Positions 50,919 through 64,000 of a stretch of DNA of 64,000 nt are shown one piece after another. The stretch spans positions 108,004,001 to 108,068,000 of the forward strand of contig NC_042998.1 in NCBI RefSeq assembly GCF_006345805.1. Reading direction: 5' to 3'. Positions within the stretch are counted from its first letter, which is position 1. Each line of letters opens with the position of its first letter. This DNA is from Octopus sinensis. Taxonomy: Eukaryota. The translations under genes and the position numbers were made by a program. A model generated the notes under the pieces. That model saw nothing but the letters and a program-made list of their open reading frames with translations. It ran no database searches and was not told the origin of the DNA.

Positions 50919-50925
<7 letters not shown>
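50578..50925 (+). mobile_element. tRNA-derived SINE, apparently full length
   Basis: tRNA-like head ggcgcatggctcagtggttagagcg...gcttgaatcctgg with A/B boxes, followed by (TA)n. Confidence 0.85.
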
Positions 50926-50957
<32 letters not shown>

Positions 50958-50960
<3 letters not shown>

Positions 50961-51603
50961 GAGAGTTTATGAAAAAAACAAAAGACGAAGACAGGTGGTG
51001 TACAAAACAAACAGATGTATTAGTATAATGCTCAGGAATAGAAAAAGTGTTTTATGTTTCGAGCCTACGCTTTTCTACAGAAAGGGACACAGAAAAAACA
51101 AGGAGAGAAATAAAGAGAGAAAAAAATGTGTGTAGTGGCTAACGATCAATCATGGCGACTAGTGCCAGACAGAAGGGTCACACACAAGAAGGAAAGTAGG
51201 GGAGATAACAAAGTGAAGATGACCCCCAACACGAAGGTGCGTGTGTGTATAAAAGAGTATGTATGTGCGTGTGAAAGAGGGCTGGTGGTCTGGACATGTG
51301 CGTGTATGTATGTGTAGGTGTGAAAATGTGGGGATGGGTGTGTGGGTGGTGTGTTGTGATGTTGTTGGGAGGTGAGGGAGTTCAGAGTGGGGAAAGCACG
51401 GGTGGGGTGTGGGTTAATGTAATATGTGACAATTATTTGGTAGCCAAGATAAAACTCCGAGTTTCGGATGCCGAGGTGGAAATTCATGCTGCCATCTCTT
51501 CAGTTATCCGGCCATTGGAAAAATGCTATGAAAAAATTTCCACGTTGGCATCTGAAACTCAGTGTTTTATCTTGGCTACCGAATAATTGTCACATATTAC
51601 ATT
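50958..51603 (-). mobile_element. PLE-like terminal region with a canonical hammerhead (51448-51508), a variant motif (51049-51084) and a fold-back end
   Basis: Longest copy of the repeat family; abuts (TA)n; 69-bp inverted repeat 51416-51484 / 51535-51603. Confidence 0.75.
51448..51508 (-). ncRNA. Minimal type I hammerhead ribozyme motif, intact core, sense to the CCDC171 intron
   Basis: gataa-CTGAAGA-gatg...catc-c-GAAA-ctcggag-TT-ttatc; 5-bp stem I; stem III ACUC-G-GAGU; GUU triplet. Confidence 0.72.
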
Positions 51604-52017
51604 TACAGATAACTTCCTCTATTTACATAATATCGAGGTCTCTTCCTTTCTTTTGTTATCTTACCATTTTTATCTATCTATCTATATATATATATTAAAT
51701 GCACATGAATTTAAGCAGTACAGTTTAATCTGAGATATTTAATCACTGACATAGGATGCAGTATCATAAATAAGGAACTAATTCAAGTATAAACTAAAAA
51801 TCTTTCTGGAGATGGTATGCATTCTCTATATATTTAGTCTATTGCTGGCTCCAACTAGTTTACTGTGATCAAAGTGGGTTAATGATTTACAAACCTGCAT
51901 ATATTCATTGCATAAGGGACACACTAGTAATTCCTGAACTATTTCAGTTTTAGTCAAAGAAACTGCCCAATATCTATTAAAGACATACATAGATATACAT
52001 GTAGCTGTGTAACTTAC

Positions 52018-52049
52018 CTTCATATTTCTTGACCATTTCTGTAAGTGAT
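52018..52049 (-). CDS. CCDC171: CCDC171-like 32-nt exon, phase 2 to 1: SLTEMVKKYE(G)
   Basis: ttatttttattatcatttcag|A...GAAG|gtaagt; phases match both neighbouring exons. Confidence 0.8.
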
Positions 52050-53086
52050 CTGAAATGATAATAAAAATAATACTATGTTTACTTCTTTTTTGTTCCTAGG
52101 TAATAAATATTATTCATTTATTTATCTATTTATTGCATTGTCTAAATTTATAGAAAATGGCTATTATTCTCTTCAAATTGTGTGTCTGTTACCTTGGGTA
52201 ATGATATTTTGAAATTACCTATTTTTGAAATTACCTATTTTGAAATTACCTATTTTTCTGAAAAACTTCATTGTTGAAGCTGATTGAGAATTTTAAAGAA
52301 CATTCTAGAATTTTCTGGAACTTTCCTGTAATATAATTAGTTAATTAGCTATATAAACAGAGACCTGAGTCTTGCCAATCCATATTTCTTTATTGCCCAC
52401 AAGGGGTTAAACATAGAGGGGACAAACAAGGACAGACAATGGGATTAAGTCGATTACATCAACCCTAGTGCGTAACTGGTACTTAATTTATCAACCCTGA
52501 AAGGATGAAAGACAAAGTCGACCCCGGCAGAATTTGAACTCAGAATGTAAAGACAGACAAAATACCGCTAAGCATTTCATCCGGCGTGCTAATGTTTCTG
52601 CTAGTTCGCTGCCTGTTCTGCTTAGTTCTAGCTATCTAAGTGGATAGGCCCATCTGCATTTATCAGAGATAGCATCAACAGGTTATAAATATCTGGTAGA
52701 TGCATTTTGGTATGTGTGCAGCCAATTTATCAAGACAGAAGTGTAAAAGTACTGTGGCAGCATCTACTGAAATGTGTGAGGTCTATAATTTATATTTTGA
52801 CATAGCTTCTTGGGATCAAAACAAGTTTTGGGAACCTCATTTCCCCTGTAATCACTGGGGAGTGTCCTCTAAAAGTTACAACTTTTACTTACTTGAAGAA
52901 TGGAATTTTATGTTGTAAACTACTTATAACTTTTTAGAATTAAAATTTAATTTGTTTATTAAAATTTCCAGTAGTATGGAATAAATATACCAGATATGAA
53001 ATTTTAATAAGTGGGAACCACTTAGACATTGGTCATAAGCATAGCAAATTTGAATTTTCTTCTGTGTGTGTGTGTGTGTGTGTGTG

Positions 53087-53225
<139 letters not shown>

Positions 53226-53430
53226 CGCGCACGCAACTGATCAGAATAAGAAAACATTGTGAATACAGATTTCAGAAGTGCAGCTAGGGAGAGAAACCCA
53301 CCAAAAGGAAAAATACATTCTCAATGACTCGAATGGATGTCTTGGCATCACAAAGTCCAGTGCTTTTCCAACATTTAATATATCCTCCCTACCTCATTCT
53401 CATGTATGAAGAAAAGATTCAATAACTTAC

Positions 53431-53519
53431 ACTTGTTGTTTCTCAAACATTGTCTTCTCTTGTTGATACTCCGATTCCAGTGTGCTCTTCTGAGAATTCA
53501 GCTGGGACAACTCTTGCTC
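53431..53519 (-). CDS. CCDC171: CCDC171-like exon (most 5' exon found), phase 0 to 2: EQELSQLNSQKSTLESEYQQEKTMFEKQQ(V)
   Basis: Minus strand ttttcttatatatttccatag|GAG...CAAGT|gtaagt; 89 nt; open coiled-coil frame that joins the next exon in phase. Confidence 0.85.
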
Positions 53520-54490
53520 CTATGGAAATATATAAGAAAATGGTACTTGTCAATTAAAAATAAAGTTACATGATGATAGAATTATGGGGTGGCAGGATTT
53601 CACAGGAGAAAATTATATAAAGACTTTTGTAGAAAAAGGGCTTGTAGAAAGAATGACTAAATTGGTCAGATTTTAATGTTAATCATATTGGACATCAGTA
53701 TCAATAGGAGAATTCAATAAATCATTTCGCTAGGAGTGTAGATGTAGAGATTAATGTTTTGGGCCACTTTTGCCCTTTGTTTGAGAGGGAAGAAAGGAAA
53801 AAGAAAAAAAAAACTGTTTGTCATTTGGACTGGTGGCAAATAAATTTAAGCAACAATTTGAGGTAATGTATACAATCACACACACACACACATAAATGCA
53901 TCCATATCCTGTTGTTTTTATAATGTTTAATATCACTGCAGCAGAAAGTTACCTAACAGCTTATTCATTCAGTCATTTCAGTAGAAATCGAAGTAAAGAA
54001 TATAGTTATATAGGAATGGCACTTAAACACTTTAAAGGAAGGCAATAGGAGAGTATCTATGGAGAGAAGACAGAGGAGGAAGAGTAGCGTTCATGAGCTT
54101 TGCAGGTTGTCCTCGCTACAACACCTGTAGGTCACTATTTTGAGGAAGAGCCGCATGGTTAAAGTTGCAGTTCTGAAGAGTAAGACTGGGCAGGTGTTTA
54201 AAGGTGAGTCTTCAAGGAGATATAGTGAAGGTGAAGAGTATGACAAGTGGGCCTGGTTGGAGAGAGAGTATATAGCCAACTATTTCAGAGAAGCAGAGAT
54301 AATTTTTCTCATTTTAAAAATATTTTTATGTATTTGTAATGAGGGCAAGCAGCATCCATAACCCATTCCATGGCCTACACAACTGGTGGCAGAAGGAAGG
54401 AAGTTATCTGTAGATTTGTGACCTGGTTTAAATGTTTGCAACAGAATGAACTCCACTAAAGATACCTAAGAGTCAGATAATGGGTCAAAC

Positions 54491-54767
54491 CAGTGGTTCC
54501 CAAAGTGGGCAGTTATGCACCTCCTGGGAGTGGTGGAAAGATTCAGAGGGGGTGTTGAAAAAAATGGGGTGACCAACATGGGGCAATGGATGTAAAAGAA
54601 AAACAAAATAAAGGGTTAATTAGGCTAAGGTTTATTTGTGAAATACTGTTGTTTTAAATTTGCTGCAGAAAATGGTCCATGTCTGTGATGGTAAGTGGGG
54701 TGGAGGCACTAGGAATGTAACCTGAGAACCAAGGGGGCGACAAGCTGAAAAAGTTTGCAAACTGCTG
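54491..54767. mobile_element. hAT MITE, 277 bp
   Basis: TIRs cagtggttcccaaagt / aagtttgcaaactgctg; degenerate 8-bp TSD ggtcaaac / ggttaaat. Confidence 0.75.
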
Positions 54768-55239
54768 GGTTAAATCAAGAGATGGATAAAAGTATACAAC
54801 TCAAAAACAAGGATGGTTTTTAAGATGAGCTTTCACATAGTTTCTATCTTCCAAATTTCACTCACATGGCGATGGGTGGAAATACTTGGGCAATAGTTGC
54901 AAAGTGAATTTTTTAATCATACAGCTGTATTAAAAGAAGCAGAGAGAGAAAGTCGCAGGTCTGTGGATCAAAGGCTGAGGTGTGTTGGACAGTGGACTTT
55001 TGCCAAAAGCTAAGTTTAAAAGGGAGGAAGTAATAGTTTATCACGAAGACAATGAAAGAGTAACAATTAGAAAATGAAACTAATTGAAGAGAGGTTAATA
55101 TCCCCTTTCTATGCCAACATAGTAGCACCATTTAAATATAGGAATAATGAAATAGTTTGTTTAAACACTAACTCCTTCAATTCTGTATAATGGTAAGGAG
55201 TATATGCAATGGATATAGTAGTATACTACCAACATGCTA

Positions 55240-56425
55240 TGAGGGTCAGCTGAAAAGTTCACAGACTGAAAAGTTCACAGACTGACCAAGACACCCTCAT
55301 GGAAAGTGGCCAAATGAGATTTATTTTTCAATGTAGTCCCCATTGTGGTTCACACACTTCTTCCATCCATGTTGCAGTGCTTGAATCCCATTAGTGAAGA
55401 AGCTTTCATCCTATTGGTCAAAAAAGTCAACAGCAGATATGACATCATCATCACTGTGATACTGCTTCTTAGCCAGATGTTTTCTCCTGTTGAGGAACAG
55501 ATGATAGTCAAATGGGACTGAACCAGGATAGGGAGGGTGATCAACCAGTTCAAAGCCACATGCATGCACAATAGTTACTGAGACCAAAGAGGTGTGTTGG
55601 AGCATTGCTTTGATGAAACAAGGCTCCTTTCCTCAGTATCCCTGAGGGTTTGGTCTTGATAACTTTTTGTAACTGTTTCATCAAGTTGACATTGTACTCT
55701 TCATTGATAATCTGGACCTTTTGAAGATAATCAATAAACACAATGCTTTTTGCATAGCCCAAAACTGAGTCCATCTTCCCTGCAGATGAAACAACCTTGA
55801 CCTTCTTTGGAGCAGGTGAGGAGGGGTGTTTCCACTGCATGGATTGTCTCTGGCTGAAAGTGACAATCCCAACACTCATTCTGGGTTAGAAAACATTCAT
55901 GGAAACAAACGGGATCTGTTTCAAACAATGTCAGATTTTCCCATGTTGCAATCAGACTGGTGCACTTTTGATCAGGTGTCAGAAGACATGGCACTCACCA
56001 AGCAGAAACCTTCATTATGCAGAATATTCTCAACTATCTCACAGGATATGCCAATAGCACTGGTTATTTGATTTATAGTCAACCACCTGCCATCCATCAC
56101 CTTGTAGTGGACACAATCAATGTTTTCCTTGGTGGTAGCAGTTGCTTCAAGACTCTCCCTTTGGCTGCTCACTTTTGCACTGTTGATAAGCATGTAGTTT
56201 CATCCCCTAATGTAGCATGCATGTCAGCATGAATGTCCTTAGGGGCTAAACCCTTTTTCTGCAGATACTTGATAACACAACAATGCCAAATTTTGTCCAT
56301 CTTTGAGAGAAGTTGCTATAAATTACTTTTGAAGTCTTCTTTGAACAGTTAGATGTCAGTTTACTTGGAAAACCCAATGCAGTTATTAATAAGAAGGCTG
56401 CACATTGTGTCTTTCAGCAAGCCAC
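55240..56425 (-). mobile_element. Near full-length decayed mariner (D,D34D-type) element
   Basis: TA-tgagggtcagctgaaaagttc TIR; TINQITSAIGIS, LLTPDQK, QSMQWKHPSSPAPKK, LFHQSNAPTH, HPPYP...DYHLF; 5' boundary approximate. Confidence 0.9.
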
Positions 56426-59400
56426 TTAATTTCACATCGCACCAGTCCACTTAGATGAAAATGAGTATCAGGAGTATCAGGATTTAACCTTGTGACAGAC
56501 TGGCATTCCAACCAGGTAGAGCCTCAGTGTTTCATTTTTTGCTATAGACTATTATGATAGCCTGAGTTGTGCATGGCCTTCATTGGCACATACACACTAG
56601 TATACTACATAGTAATACAGCAGTACCTGTACACAACTCAGTAGTATAACAGTGTACTAATGTTATTCAGTAGCAAATACTACTTGGTGGTATGGCAGTA
56701 CAATTCTGCTATACTACTGTAGTATAAGTATAGTAGTATATTCTGCTGACACAACAAAGTGTATGACTGGTTTTTATTCAATCAACTCTGGAATAAAGAA
56801 ACATGAGAAGACTTTAGCACAACTGAGATGCATGGTAAAATTCATGAATTTGGACATATTAGTCTGTGAGGAGGAGTAACTAGTGATACTTTTCTCTCTT
56901 AGACAAACAGTAAGTCCTAAAACACCAGCTGTTTCTCTTCCCCACATAATACACACTTATTTAAAGTCATGAATTTCTCCTAAACAATTTCTGCCTATAC
57001 AGAATACCACTATCAGATTCCTCAAACTCTGTTTTTTTGCTTTCTTACTGCAATTTATCAAAGTTGAAGTACCAAACAATACATCATCAAGTTTACTAAC
57101 TGTACCAATTCAGATAAAGTAAAAAAAAAAAAATAAAAAATAAAAAAGTTCACTCTTAACAAAGCTAAAATTGTTCTTAGTTACCTCCTCTGCAAATGCT
57201 ATCAAGATTCATCTAGTTTGCAATCAAAATGGATAGCAAACTGGATAAAACTTACTCTGACTTCCGCACTGTATAACCTTAATGGCGTTGACAAGGAATG
57301 AACTTATATCTTACAGCTGTCATTGTATTAGGCCTCATAAATCTCTGGTGTTCTTTCAAAGTGATCACCATCTATAACATAACTGAGACTGTACCACACT
57401 CTTGGTTTCTTCTTTATGGCCAGAAAATACCTCAGCCTTAAATAGTTGTTGACCATATGCAAGGTACAGGGGTAACTCACATTATAGTACTGTCTATATA
57501 TATCTGAGATAAGAAGGCAATCACACACACAGACATTTTGATAAAAATCTGTCTGCTCTAACCACTGGCATATTGATGCAATGTGTCATTCTTCTCTCAC
57601 TCTTATCCCCACTACAGTAGTTTTTACTCTTCTGCTAACTATCTACCATCTCTGCCCAACCCAATTTGTTCCACCTACCATTTCACCTCGTTACTCGTGT
57701 GTGTCCAAACCACCAGAATTTGCACTACACACACTGATCTCTCCCTGCTTGTGGTAACCTGATATCATGTCTGTGATTTTTCCTTCAAACACAGGCCATT
57801 TGATAATCAAACTGAACTTCATCGATCTGAGAAGGTCAGTAAGTTTTCAAACATTTCCCTTTCTTCTTCTTACTAAATTCACTAACAACTATTACTAATA
57901 GCATTTCAGCCACCACAACAATCATCAGCATTAACTCTTCTTTCATCATAAACAACAAATGAATTTATAAAAGCCTTCAAAATTAGCAATCACTGGATTC
58001 CTCTGTGAAATATTGCTATCAATGACAACCTTAACTTCTCTCAGATGCTAACCATTAAATTTTGATAAAGTAGTCCTTTCAGATAATTTAGGTATTACAT
58101 CAATATCACATTTATCAATGAAATTATCTTGAACACTCAACCTCTACCATAATGATTAATGAATGTGTTTCCCATGAGCAACTACAAAATACATCACATG
58201 ATATTTTCATGATTGAGTTGTCAGAAAAGGTAGTATTCAACAAGAAAATTAATGTTATGTAGTTTAATGCAACATGTTTTTCCATTTAAATTTCACTGCA
58301 TTCACTTCCAAAATCTGAAAGGAGTTGGAGACAGACATTAACTAATAACAAGCTTCTCTAACAATTTGAATCTTTAATGACTTTTGTTAAACCAGATCTC
58401 CTGGCAACCTACTCTCCTATGCCATTCACCAGTAGGTCATTGCCCTTGAAAAATTATTTGGTGAAAACAAAGCGAAGACTGCACCTCAAAGACTGGTTAT
58501 CTTCTTGAAGGCCAGAAAAAGAATCCTCTACAAAATTCAAATGGTGAACTGATCCCACATCATGGATGCTGCTGCAGCTACACACCAGACATCTTAGACT
58601 ACATCTCCCAAGGTCACTCAATTGATCTGCTTAAAGCTGCTTCCCAACACACTCTAGCCTCTGGTCTATAGACAGGCTCTTCTTTCTCTCTCTCATTGTC
58701 TCTATCTCTGAGCCTTTTCTAATGCTATAGCAGAGGAATCTATTCTTTAGTGTAGCCTGTTCGTGTATTACACCCACTCAGACATTCTCAACTAACTTGT
58801 CTCATACCTTCTCATCCCTTTATATTGTGTCTACCCTCATAGCACTGCACTAACCAATCCACCCAGCCCCAGATACCAGCCATCTGGAATCCTGGCCCTA
58901 TCCATGAACCTACTGCAGCCATCAACTTGCAACTATTGCTCCAAATTCAATGGTCTGCAAAGGCCATGGACATAACTTTCTCCAGACCAAACCAATTAAA
59001 AAACATCTGGAGAGAGGATGATACCTACTATCTCTCTTAGTACCTAACTCATAAAACTGGTTATAGAACATAGGAAAATGCATAGTGAATGAACCTGTCT
59101 ATCTCTGTTAGTACTAACAAACAGAACTGGTTATAAAACATTGACAGATGTTGTTTGGTAAGTGAAGATATCAACTGTTTCAGTTAGTATCTAACTAATG
59201 AAATTAGTTATAGAGCACAGGATGATATTGGGGGAAAGTTAAAAATTGTAGCAACAATAATGTCAATATTTGTATATATCCACACATAGAGATATTATAG
59301 TCGCTACCATATTATTACAGTCATAATAACCAGGTACTCTAAATATATAATGGAATTACAAACTACAAATGAATTTTTAACTTCATTTTTAAGAGGTAAT

Positions 59401-60987
59401 TTACATTTTGATTTCTTTTAATTACATACAAAGTATAATGTATTTGACTGAATTGATAGTATAGTTTTGGTATTTAGATTAACCATAGTAAAAGGCAAAG
59501 GGAATCCTTGCAAAAACAAGCACAAGAGAATGTAGAAAATAGCATTCTTCTTATAAACTCATTTGATATTCAGTAAAAATAAAACTAAGACAAATCAATG
59601 GATATTACAGAAATAATAATTGAAAATATTTGGTAAAAAGAATGGCTAGACAAGTGCTATTTCTGGAATACTTTTACAAGAAGTTACATCATCTTTACAA
59701 TTTTTGTTATTCAAAACATTATTAGGTTTTATATGATATGAGAGTGATAAATCTAAAAATGTAGATATTCGATCATGAAACAACAATCTATTTATCAGTA
59801 ATGATAGCAGTGAGGCTCACTGAAGCAACTAGTGGATAAATGCAAACAATACAACAAGACCAGAACTCCAGACTAGCAGTTAGGTAGTGTGACACCAAGT
59901 ATTCAGTTATAAATATATCTATTACCATTATTAAAATAATTAATAGTTTGTCGGAACTTAGATCTTTATATTATATTATCTGAAGTGATAAATATGGTAT
60001 TTAAATTATCTAAGAGAAATAGGTAACCAGCTGTATTAATTTCTTTGCTTGCAAGTCCAGCAGTGTATCCATTGACTTGTGGTACATTTCTCAATATAGC
60101 ATAAGAACTCTAATAGTTTTATACTATTAAGGTTTCTTAATAATAAATGCTCTGCTAAGGTAAACAGAATTTCCTATATGTACACCTCTCAAATATTTCT
60201 AAACTTCCTTATGATAGATTTATTTATTTATTTTTTAATCTATTGCCATTACTTAGTAAGTGGAGCTAAACATTTCTATTTGGATAAGATACAATTCTAT
60301 TAACGATTTTGCTAATCAATCATATGAACTCACTTTTGAAAGCTAACAAAACCACTCATTTGAACAGTCTGTCTTGCACTGCACATTGAAGTGCTCTGTC
60401 ATTCAGTGATAGTTATTTATAGCCAAATAGATAAAGCTATTATAAATGAAGTGTCTTTGTCAGAGATACAGGGCAATATCATTAAGTAAGCATAGCAGTC
60501 AATAACCAATCATGTAAATTGTCATTTTAGCTGGTTTTATACCCATTTATTTAAATATAGATTCTCTTTTGAATGTAACAGCCAGAGTAAAACTTTTCAA
60601 AGATTTGCTTACCAAATAGTCACTCCGTTTTGTTGTTCTTTTATCTAACAAATGATATCAAAATAATAACATTCTTTAAATTAGATTGACAATTGCTACC
60701 CTTCCATAACACTTCAATATGGTAAAACGTATATCTGCCATTTCAGACGAGTTAATGTCCTTGAATTGACACCCGATACATTGCATAGTAATAAGCCGAC
60801 GGAAGTTACTTCCCTTGCTATTTCACCGCTACTCAGATAGTTGACTGCAAGACTGCTTTTCATAGCCTTAGAACATATATTATACATTATTAATAAATGA
60901 CGAACCGAAGCATGAGACATGTCTATAATTATATTTTTAAAAATTGAATAGAAATCTTTACAATCATAACTATCATTGCCGATAATC

Positions 60988-60989
<2 letters not shown>

Positions 60990-61081
<92 letters not shown>

Positions 61082-61135
61082 CACCACCAACACCACTACT
61101 ACTACTGCTACTGCTGCTGCTGCTGCTACTGCTGC
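60990..61135. repeat. Compound trinucleotide microsatellite (ATT)n(ACT)n(ACC)n(GCT)n
   Basis: Direct reading; explains the poly-N/S/G and poly-V/L ORFs. Confidence 0.95.
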
Positions 61136-61287
61136 AATCATTACACAATAGAAAAATCATGTTTCATTTGGGGTCCGTAGGAAGAGTCTTCTACTATTCC
61201 AATCTTAACATGTACATATCTAAGCAGCAGGTTTCACATCAGAATTTAACCCAGAGATAGCCTTGATATATATATAATAAATAAATA

Positions 61288-61538
61288 AATGTGCCCTTTT
61301 AAAGCCTAGCCAGGCTCATGGGGATGGTTTCCCGGTTTCAATGGCGTATGTGTTCCCCAACTGGACAGGACGCCAGTCCTTCGCAGCGTTACTCATTTTT
61401 GCCAGCTGAGTGGACTGGAACAACGTGAAATGAAGTGTTTTGCTCAAGAAGTGTTTTGCGTCGCCCGGTCCAGGAATTGAAACCACAATCTCACGATAAT
61501 GATGCTGACACCCTAACCACTAAGCCACGTGCCTCCAC
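61288..61538 (-). mobile_element. tRNA-derived SINE
   Basis: Minus strand gtggaggcacgtggcttagtggttagggtgtc...ggtttcaattcctgg with A/B boxes; cttgagcaaaacac core shared with the 50578 SINE. Confidence 0.85.
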
Positions 61539-62039
61539 TGATATATATATAATATAAAGGGCAAAAACATTTCATGCAAAGGTATTATTACTGGTTCATT
61601 TATCCTATCTCCTCATAATAATTATCATTTAACATCCTCCTTTCCATGCTTGCAAGAGTCAAATGGAATTTGTCAAGGCAGATTCTCAATGGTTGGATGT
61701 CCTTCCTATCACCAACTCTTACCTATTTCTAGGCAAGATAATACTCCCCCATAGCCAAACATGTTCTTTGTGGAAAACTGGAAATGAACAACTTCATTTG
61801 AGTGACAGCAATACTTGTTTACAACCATCGTATGACATCAAGACAAAAGTTCCAACAAACTGTCATTCCTTGTTTCCTTGTGCTATTGGAACATTGCATT
61901 TTGAAAATTTTGCAATAGAGAAGCTGATGGAAGTATAGGTCTTCTGTTGGAATTCAATGCCATAACAAAATTTTCAGAGAGAATGCTTCCACAATGCAGG
62001 GGTGGTGCCTCTGTGCAAGTGCATGTGCACACAGACACA

Positions 62040-63800
62040 CATGCACATTCTTATATCATTTAATGTCTGTGTTCCATGCTGGCAGGACCAGATGGTTCGA
62101 CAGAATCTGATGTACCAGAGGACTGATGTTTTCTATGGCATGATTTCTCTGGATAGATGCCTTTCCTAACATCAGCCACTTTACAGAGTGTACTGGGTGC
62201 CATTTTCATGGCACTGGCAAGGTCACACAGTAACTTGCATGACATGGTCCACCAACTGAGTGGGGCTGCATTATTGAGGGAGGTGGTTTTTATGCCAGGT
62301 ATAAAGAGGCTAATGTAGTAAAGAGGGACAAGAACAGGTGTCTTGTTGTAGAGGAGATACAAGGCTATCCCAGCCAAAAAAGGAGAAAAGATGAGGTGTC
62401 AGGATTTACCCTCAAGGAACAAAAAAGTGGATAAAGAGAGAACAGGGGTGGAGAATCAAAGGATTGTTGGTTTCATGAGAGTGTGAAAGGAGAGTGACAG
62501 AGTTAGTAAGATAGAAGTGGATGTAGTGAGTGGTGAAGATGGGTGGTGGCATACTTAATGGCAAATCTCGATTTGGGAGGAGGAGGTAGAGGAAAATAGA
62601 AGTGGGACAGTGAGGGAGAGGTGGTAAGTATCAATTCTTAAAGCAGGGGAGGTGAACAGTAACAATATAATAAAACCATTGTTGGATAAAAAATTGGGAG
62701 GTGATGTCGAGTGTATTATGTGTTGGGGGTACAGGGTTGTACAGTGTATATTGACAGAGGTCAGAGGCACTTGGGAGTGGATATGGTGAGTGACAAACAA
62801 AGGCAGGGAGCATGTTGATGGTGGATATGAGTGTTTAGAAGAAAGAAGTGTTTAGAGAAAAGGGTGCTAATTGGAAAATATAGTAGTGAAGGATGCTGTT
62901 CAGAATGTGGGATAGGTGACAAAGGAAGAGGTTCCAAGAAGAGGGATATCTGAGAGCACAAAGGTGGTGAGTGAAATATGTGCTCTCATGAATTTACAGA
63001 AGCAGAGGAAATAATGCTGTAGTTAGAAGGGTGACAAGTGTTAGAAAGATGAATTGTGAGGAAGTCTCAACAGAAGCAGACTGGGTGCATGGACATAAAC
63101 ACAAGCCTAATTTTTTCCTGAGATAAATGGGTATTTTCAAGCATAGTGAATCACCTATAATCTTAGTCATTTGTAATCTCTGTGAAGCTCAACAATCTTA
63201 AATTGGTCCTCACTACTTTGTCCTATGTCTTCTTAAGTCTCCCTCTTCTATACATTCCATCTACATTTAACTATTGGTATTTCTTTATGTAGCTGTTCTC
63301 AACCTTATGCATCACATAATAATAGTAACAGTTTTCTCTCTTGCACATTACATCTTATTCCTCTTACATCTAATTTTTCTCTTAACATACATTTTCACTT
63401 TTCACATCTTTGCAAGTCCTCTGCATTCAAGGCCCATACTTCACTGCCATGTATCATGTTTGTATTCAAGCATCATATAAGCTGTCTTTCACTCTGAAAA
63501 CAAGGGATTTTGCTACCAAAAGAGGTAATTGCACAATGAACTTTCTCCAAGTTTTGCTTTCACACCTACAATTTCTTTTATAATTCTACTAGAAATTCAT
63601 CTATAAGAACAAGATTATCAGCACAAAGGAATTCTCATGGGTAATCAGTTTTAAACTCTTCTATTACAGCCTGGAAGACTATGATAAATTAGAGGAGACT
63701 TGTAAACTTCTAACTGCGCACTGAATTTATTGCTGTACTCTCACCTTACTGACAGCATCCCTGTATATGGCTTGAATGACTTTCACTGGCCATTCATCTA
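62040..63800. mobile_element. RTE-related fragments (3' UTR-type ~62040-62970; RT C-terminus ~63170-63800 -)
   Basis: Family tail similarity and a decayed frame matching the RT C-terminus of the other RTE copies. Confidence 0.55.
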
Positions 63801-64000
63801 CTCCTAGTTAGCCAATGACCACCAGATCATGAAGGAAAGGATCCTGTTGAAGACTTTTACCAGGATGAGAAAAGCCAAGTATAGTGGTTTACTGTTGGTC
63901 AAATATTTTCCCTCAAAATTTTCTTACAAGACAGAGGGTATTGGTTGTACTTCTGCTTGACACAAAACCAAACTGCATCTTATCTTGTCTAACTCTCTTC

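Noticed and set aside
54854-54912. Exon-like segment with cag acceptor and gtgagt donor
   Set aside because: The only open frame is phase-incompatible and not coiled-coil-like
57184-57295. Two micro-exon candidates (MNLDSICRG|gtaact and ...VRKSE|gtaagt)
   Set aside because: Phases do not join the 53519 acceptor; resemblance to the human N-terminus (MNL) is probably chance
57340-58480. Possible LINE endonuclease relic on the minus strand
   Set aside because: Too degenerate to support without a profile search
60613-60644. Possible further CCDC171 exon (tcatttgttag|32 nt|gtaagc; KRTTKRSDYL or IKEQQNGVTI)
   Set aside because: Splice sites are plausible and one frame fits the phase, but the peptide is too short and has no recognisable similarity; left unresolved
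60714-61160. 148-aa minus-strand ORF with a CpG-containing non-repetitive tail
   Set aside because: First half is trinucleotide microsatellite; the rest has no recognisable homology and no phase-compatible donor

Overview
AT-rich animal genomic DNA, very likely an octopus (inferred from tRNA-derived SINE families, RTE LINE 3' ends with (ATG)n tails and dense microsatellites; not confirmed). The one host gene I can support is a CCDC171-like coiled-coil gene on the minus strand. Seven GT-AG exons (53431-53519, 52018-52049, 33284-33378, 31610-31702, 28821-28915, 8884-8949, 4308-4446) join in phase into 203 codons without a stop, including the CCDC171-like motif ERxxHLESKFxxExxQ. The gene appears to continue beyond both window edges, so essentially the whole window is its introns. 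These introns are full of decayed transposons: Tc1, mariner, a DUF4817/DD37D-like element, hAT/Buster and its MITEs, piggyBac-type MITEs, RTE, HERO-like and CR1-like LINEs, Penelope-like elements (PLEs) and SINEs. The most interesting signal is a set of PLE-type minimal hammerhead ribozyme motifs. Three have intact or near-intact cores and several are decayed. A four-copy repeat family keeps the hammerhead helices but has a non-canonical core (CUGU(C/A)GAA). Two motifs sit inside fold-back hairpins that break within the ribozyme itself. Most ORFs in the supplied track are microsatellite or repeat artefacts. All protein matches are from memory of the families; no searches were run.
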